A DNA stretch of 64,000 nt, taken from Candidatus Latescibacterota bacterium. GTDB taxonomy: Bacteria; Latescibacterota; UBA2968; UBA8231. Each line of letters starts with the position of its first letter. The first letter of the stretch is position 1. Below the pieces are notes generated by a model. It was not told where the DNA came from, did no database searches, and worked only from the letters and a program-made list of their open reading frames with translations. The DNA is taken from assembly GCA_965206595.1 (NCBI GenBank), contig OZ242214.1, positions 320,001-384,000 of the forward strand. The letters run 5' to 3'. Made by a program: the position numbers and the translations under genes. Shown here one piece after another: positions 59,855 to 64,000 of this stretch.

Positions 59855-60850
59855 ATGAAACTGCGTCAACTGACTCTGGCACTGGCCTGCGTCGCGATCG
59901 GCATCGCTCTCGCAGGGGACGGCTTCGCGCAGACGCGCGAAAAGGGGCCGTGGTGGCCGCACCCGCTGTGGGGGGCCGAGGATCAGGCGGGAGGCTCGAA
60001 CTGGATTACCCCGGAGAAGATCCTCGAGGCGGTACAGCTCGTGAAGACGGGCAAGGTGTACGAGATCGGGCAGGTGTACGAGCGCGGCATGCCGCTGTTC
60101 GGAGACCGCACCTACTCGATGTTTATCCCGGGTTCCCCTTCCGGCGGCCCGTTCGGAGAGAACGGGCTCGTCTACCACGACGAGATCCTGACCGCCGAGA
60201 TCGGGCAGGTCGGAACCCAGTTCGACGGCCCGGGCCACATCGGCATCCGCACCACCATGGAGGACGGCTCCACCCAGGATCTGTTCTACAACGGCACGCC
60301 AGTGAGCGAGATGGCGGGCTCCTACGGCCTGCGGAAGCTGGGCATCGAGCAGGTGAAGCCGTACCTGACCCGCGGCATACTAATCGACATTGCCGGCCAA
60401 AAGGGGGTGGAAGCGCTCGATCACAGCTACGAGGTGACCGTGGCCGACGTGAGGGCGGCCCTCGAGCGCCAGGGGATGTCGGAGCAGGATCTGAAGGACG
60501 GGGACGCCCTCTTCTTCCGCTACGGGTGGTCGAAGCACTGGACCGACGCCGACAAATACAACACCAACCCACCCGGAATCGGTCTCGAGGTGGCGGCCTG
60601 GGTCGCCGAGCGCAATGCCTCGATGTGGGGGTCCGACCAGTGGAACGGCGAGGTGACCCCGAACCCCGATGCGGGCCTGGGTTTCCCCGTGCACACCGAG
60701 CTGATCTGCAAGCACGGCATCTGGAACCTCGAAAACATGGTCTTCGACCGGCTGGTCGAGGACGAGGTCTACGAGTTCCTGTTCGTGTTCGCTCCGATCC
60801 GCTTCAAGGGCGGGACCGGCTCTCCCGGCCGGCCCCTGGCGATTCGCTGA
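59855..60850 (+). CDS. Secreted cyclase-family (kynurenine-formamidase-like) metal hydrolase
   Basis: AGGAGG RBS; signal peptide; GTQFDGPGH, RGILID, NLEN, GSPGRPLA. Confidence 0.85.
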   Translation: MKLRQLTLALACVAIGIALAGDGFAQTREKGPWWPHPLWGAEDQAGGSNWITPEKILEAVQLVKTGKVYEIGQVYERGMPLFGDRTYSMFIPGSPSGGPFGENGLVYHDEILTAEIGQVGTQFDGPGHIGIRTTMEDGSTQDLFYNGTPVSEMAGSYGLRKLGIEQVKPYLTRGILIDIAGQKGVEALDHSYEVTVADVRAALERQGMSEQDLKDGDALFFRYGWSKHWTDADKYNTNPPGIGLEVAAWVAERNASMWGSDQWNGEVTPNPDAGLGFPVHTELICKHGIWNLENMVFDRLVEDEVYEFLFVFAPIRFKGGTGSPGRPLAIR

Positions 60851-60900
60851 GGGCCCGGCCTTCGCGGGGCAATCCTGGCTCCGGAAGGAGCGAAGATCCC

Positions 60901-61557
60901 TCATCCAGGGTCCCGTGCGATTTTGCACGGGACCCAGTTCCTGGTCCAGTGTTCTTCGCTCTGCACGTGGCCCGGGCGGACGCTCTTGCAGACACTGCGC
61001 TCAAATTCCGCCGCGGGGAATCCGCGGGCCAGCCGTAGTACGACGCCCTCCCGCTCTCCTCCAAGCAGGGAGGCTTCCCCGTGCGCGCGCTCCAGGAACG
61101 CACGTATCTCCGCAAGCGACCGGAAGCGGCCCTTGAACAGGATCGGGACAACCGGGATTTCCTGCCGCTTTGCATAGGCTTCGACTTCCGAAAAGGATGC
61201 GAATGCGCCATCTCCGCCCCTGAGCGCAAATGCATAGAAGGTCCGGTTTTCCGGCACGGGGTCGTACGCGATGCTGTGCACCCCGTAGATATCCTCGCCG
61301 TAGAGATACCGATCCGGCTCCCTCACTTTCCAGGCGTGGTGTTTCTTCACCATCGCCATCCATTTGCCTGCGCAAGGGGCCGACACGCTGCGCCCATATA
61401 CCTCGCCTGCGTGAAGCAGCGTGTTGCCGCCATCCAACTTCTCCGTCACCACCACGGGCTCGTCGACGAATCGACGGGGGTCCGGATGCACGGCGTCGTC
61501 ACGCCCAATGAACGGCGACCAGGGCCAGTACGGGGTCTTTGGATACTTGGGGTTCAT
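60901..61557 (-). CDS. ATP-dependent RNA ligase family protein (standalone nucleotidyltransferase domain)
   Basis: GGAGG RBS; KYPKTP, TEKLDGGN (motif I), LYGE, FYAF, EGVV, K-VR. Confidence 0.85.
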   Translation of the reverse strand: MNPKYPKTPYWPWSPFIGRDDAVHPDPRRFVDEPVVVTEKLDGGNTLLHAGEVYGRSVSAPCAGKWMAMVKKHHAWKVREPDRYLYGEDIYGVHSIAYDPVPENRTFYAFALRGGDGAFASFSEVEAYAKRQEIPVVPILFKGRFRSLAEIRAFLERAHGEASLLGGEREGVVLRLARGFPAAEFERSVCKSVRPGHVQSEEHWTRNWVPCKIARDPG

Positions 61558-61594
61558 CGGCCTCCCCCTCGGTTCTCACCTACCCCCCGGGAGG

Positions 61595-61850
61595 TCATTT
61601 TTTGGCGTGTTGAGGGCAGAGCTGCTTGACTTCCACGCCCAGTTCGTCCATCAACGGCTCGTGTTCGCCCCAGTCGCTGTCGGTCGCGTTCAGAACAACA
61701 GCTTCAGCAGCCACCGCGACCGCGAGAAACTTCCGGTCCGACCGGTCAAACCTGTTCTCGGGCACAAGCCAGTTGGCACAGATCATCTGCGTGGGTTGCT
61801 CTTGCGTTCGCGGCGATCGCGACGTTGGTATCCACGACGAATGCCGTCAT
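61595..61850 (-). pseudogene. PIN-domain protein, frameshifted and apparently internally deleted
   Basis: MTAFVVDTNVAIAAN... stops at 61746; FDRSDRKFLAVA...NATDSDW continues in another frame; ATGA-coupled to the ATPase. Confidence 0.7.
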
Positions 61851-62982
61851 GCGGACTGCTCCATCTTTCTTCTCAAGGAAGCCTTGGTGATCGCGGCGAT
61901 CTCACCCATTTCGTCGCCAAAGAACTGGTGAGGCCAGTTTTCGATCTCGCCCCACTCGTTAAGGGCAAGATCAGAAGCGTTCGCCACGCCACGATTCGTC
62001 GATACGAAATACAGCTTGACGTAGTCGGAGGAAATTTCCTCTTCAGCCACCCGGAGTTGCAGACGCCGCATCAGGTGCTCGCTGTGACTTTCCAGGATGA
62101 TCTGCACGTTTCGAGTCCCGGCGACCTTCAACATGACATCCGCCAACCCGCTCTGCACGGCTGGATGGAGATGGATTTCCGGCTGCTCCAGAAGCACCGT
62201 CGAACCTTCCGGGACGTAGTAGAGCAAGACCAAGGCCGGCAGAACCTGGGATACACCGAATCCGACGTCGGTCAGCGCCACCGGCACGCTCGACACGGAA
62301 GTCCTGACCATCTGGGATGCTCCCGCAGAGGACCGAGATAGAAGATGGAATCCATCAGTCTTTCATAGGCAAGTTCAAAGTCACCAAGGAAGTTCGCGTT
62401 CTGATAGTAGATCCTTGTCTCATCGGGAAACCGGTAGGTCTTTACCGGATGCGGGAGCCGCCAGGGACGGCCCCGGTTGCGTATGAACTCGAATTCTACG
62501 GTGTCGGCCAGATCGAATTCCGTTTCCGAGCCATCCTCGGGTTGCAGCCTGAAATCCACTCCGGCGAACCGATAGGCCAGCTCGTGCGGCCACAGGCGTG
62601 TCTGTCTCAAGCCGACCTCACACTGGGTTCGAAGGCGATCGCCTTCGAACAGCAGGCTGCCTCTGGGTCCCGTAGGGTCATTTATTTCGAGCTTCTCCGG
62701 CAGGGTCCAGTCGAGGGCCCAGCTTATTCGAGTTTGCTCGTCTTGCTGGTGAACCACGTCCTTGAAGGTCCCGAGATTCACCATGTCCCCAGGCCCCCCG
62801 AAATCGAGGACCAAGCCTCGGTCCGTGGCGTTTCGGGTCTGCTTCAGCAAAAGGAGAAACTGGAGAAGGCTGCTCTTTCCGGCGCTGTTGGGTCCGAAGA
62901 ACCCGGTTACTTTTCCGAGCGTCAGATCCGCTTCCTTCCACGCTTTGAAATTTCCGATTTTGAGGTGGTTCAGCATATCCAT
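61847..62982 (-). pseudogene. ABC/AAA ATPase (DUF3696-type) broken at ~62311
   Basis: Walker A GPNSAGKS in the 5' part; VGFGVSQ, LLEQPEIHLHP, ESHSEH, WPxxFF in another frame. Confidence 0.8.
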
Positions 62983-63236
62983 TGCTCCTGACGGATGCCG
63001 GGCTTCATCAAAGCCAGCTTTCCATCCGTATCGACGGGTTGTCTTGATGGAAATTTCAAGATGAGGAGTATTGAGGGCAACAACATGTTAGACGGTCAGC
63101 GCCTGTGAACAGCTGCCTGAATGGTATCCTGCCGAGCAAAATGAAACAGCGGGACGTCTGCGAAATAGGTTGCTCCTCATTACATAACTGGACTCGATGT
63201 GGAAGCCCATCTTTGTTGCTCCGGTGCGGGTCCGAG

Positions 63237-64000
63237 TTGCCGCATCGGGTAAATCGGGCGGTCGCGGCGCTGATGCTCGGCTTTGCTGTCGCCGCGGCCT
63301 CCGCTCCGGCTGATCGCGTCCGCGTCCTGGAGGATTTCGACCGCGGCGCCGGCCATTGGCGGCTGCGCCAGGCGAGCCTGGACCTCGTGGCGGCGGATCC
63401 CGGCCCCGGGTCCGCGGCCCGGCTCCAGTATCCCCGCTGGACCCGGGGGGCCGGCAAGTGGCCCTCGGCCCGCCTGCGTTTCGGCGACGGGGCATTCCGG
63501 GACGGCGACTGGAGCGCCTTCTCCTCCCTGAAGTTCGAGGCGCGGTCGCAGCTCGGCGGAACCGCCCATCTCAAGCTGCGCATCGACGACGCCGAGGGGC
63601 GCCGCGCTGTCCGCATCCTCGCGGTTTCCGCCGATACCATCACCACCTGCGCCGTCTCCATCGCCGGTATCGGCGGCGAGATCGACACCCGCCGCGTGCG
63701 CTTGATCGACCTGTACATGAGGCAGCCCTCCCGGGACCGCGCCCTCCTGATCGACGACATCCGCCTGGAAGCCGGGCGGCTCGAGCTTCTGGAGCTCGAA
63801 GCGAGCCGCGATCCCCTGGCATCCGGGGGGCTGCGCGTGGCCGCGAAATTCAACCGCCGGGCGGCGATCGAGGTCGTCGTCCGCGATGAGCGGGGAGTGC
63901 CGGCAGGGTACTCCCGCGCTCGCGACACGGAGATCGAGTACGAGTGGGAGCCTGCCCCCGAGGCTTCGCCCCAGACCTACACGGTGTGGCTGGCCGCCGC
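63237..64000 (+). CDS. Secreted protein with a CBM-like beta-sandwich N-terminus; runs off the window end
   Basis: Absent from the ORF track; reads ...AVAALMLGFAVAAASAPADRVRVLEDFD...DWSAFSSLKFE...LRIDD...LLIDDIRL; start is 63237 (TTG) or 63273 (ATG). Confidence 0.65.
   Translation, partial: MPHRVNRAVAALMLGFAVAAASAPADRVRVLEDFDRGAGHWRLRQASLDLVAADPGPGSAARLQYPRWTRGAGKWPSARLRFGDGAFRDGDWSAFSSLKFEARSQLGGTAHLKLRIDDAEGRRAVRILAVSADTITTCAVSIAGIGGEIDTRRVRLIDLYMRQPSRDRALLIDDIRLEAGRLELLELEASRDPLASGGLRVAAKFNRRAAIEVVVRDERGVPAGYSRARDTEIEYEWEPAPEASPQTYTVWLAA

Overview
High-GC bacterial chromosomal window, mostly cell-envelope and catabolic genes. The gene content (SWGxIK-tailed secreted proteins, FlgD-Ig tails, PhyH dioxygenases, many TPR proteins) suggests Ca. 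Latescibacterota or a similar host-associated lineage, but this is inference only. Main observations: (1) an FG-GAP/ASPIC-UnbV + thioredoxin-fold gene is split by an in-frame UGA followed, after 11 nt, by a hairpin with a GGUC loop resembling the E. coli fdhF SECIS, so it is a candidate ~1027-aa secreted selenoprotein; (2) a 68-aa secreted CxxxC...CxC defensin-like peptide; (3) three paralogous ~930-970-aa putative outer-membrane proteins next to FlgD-tail-family proteins, around a divergent intergenic region with tandem repeats; (4) secreted proteins sharing a C-terminal AV[ED]xxSWGxIKA motif, including a diversified duplicate pair and an orphan 3' remnant; (5) a TPR / ASPIC / heptaheme cytochrome / SGNH / GT-C / spermidine-synthase-fusion envelope cluster with an IS630 element inserted in a stop codon; (6) a broken M16 protease gene plus a scar of its 3' end; (7) a decaying ABC-ATPase + PIN pair next to an intact RNA ligase. 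No rRNA, tRNA or CRISPR array was seen. No searches were run; all family calls come from motif recognition.
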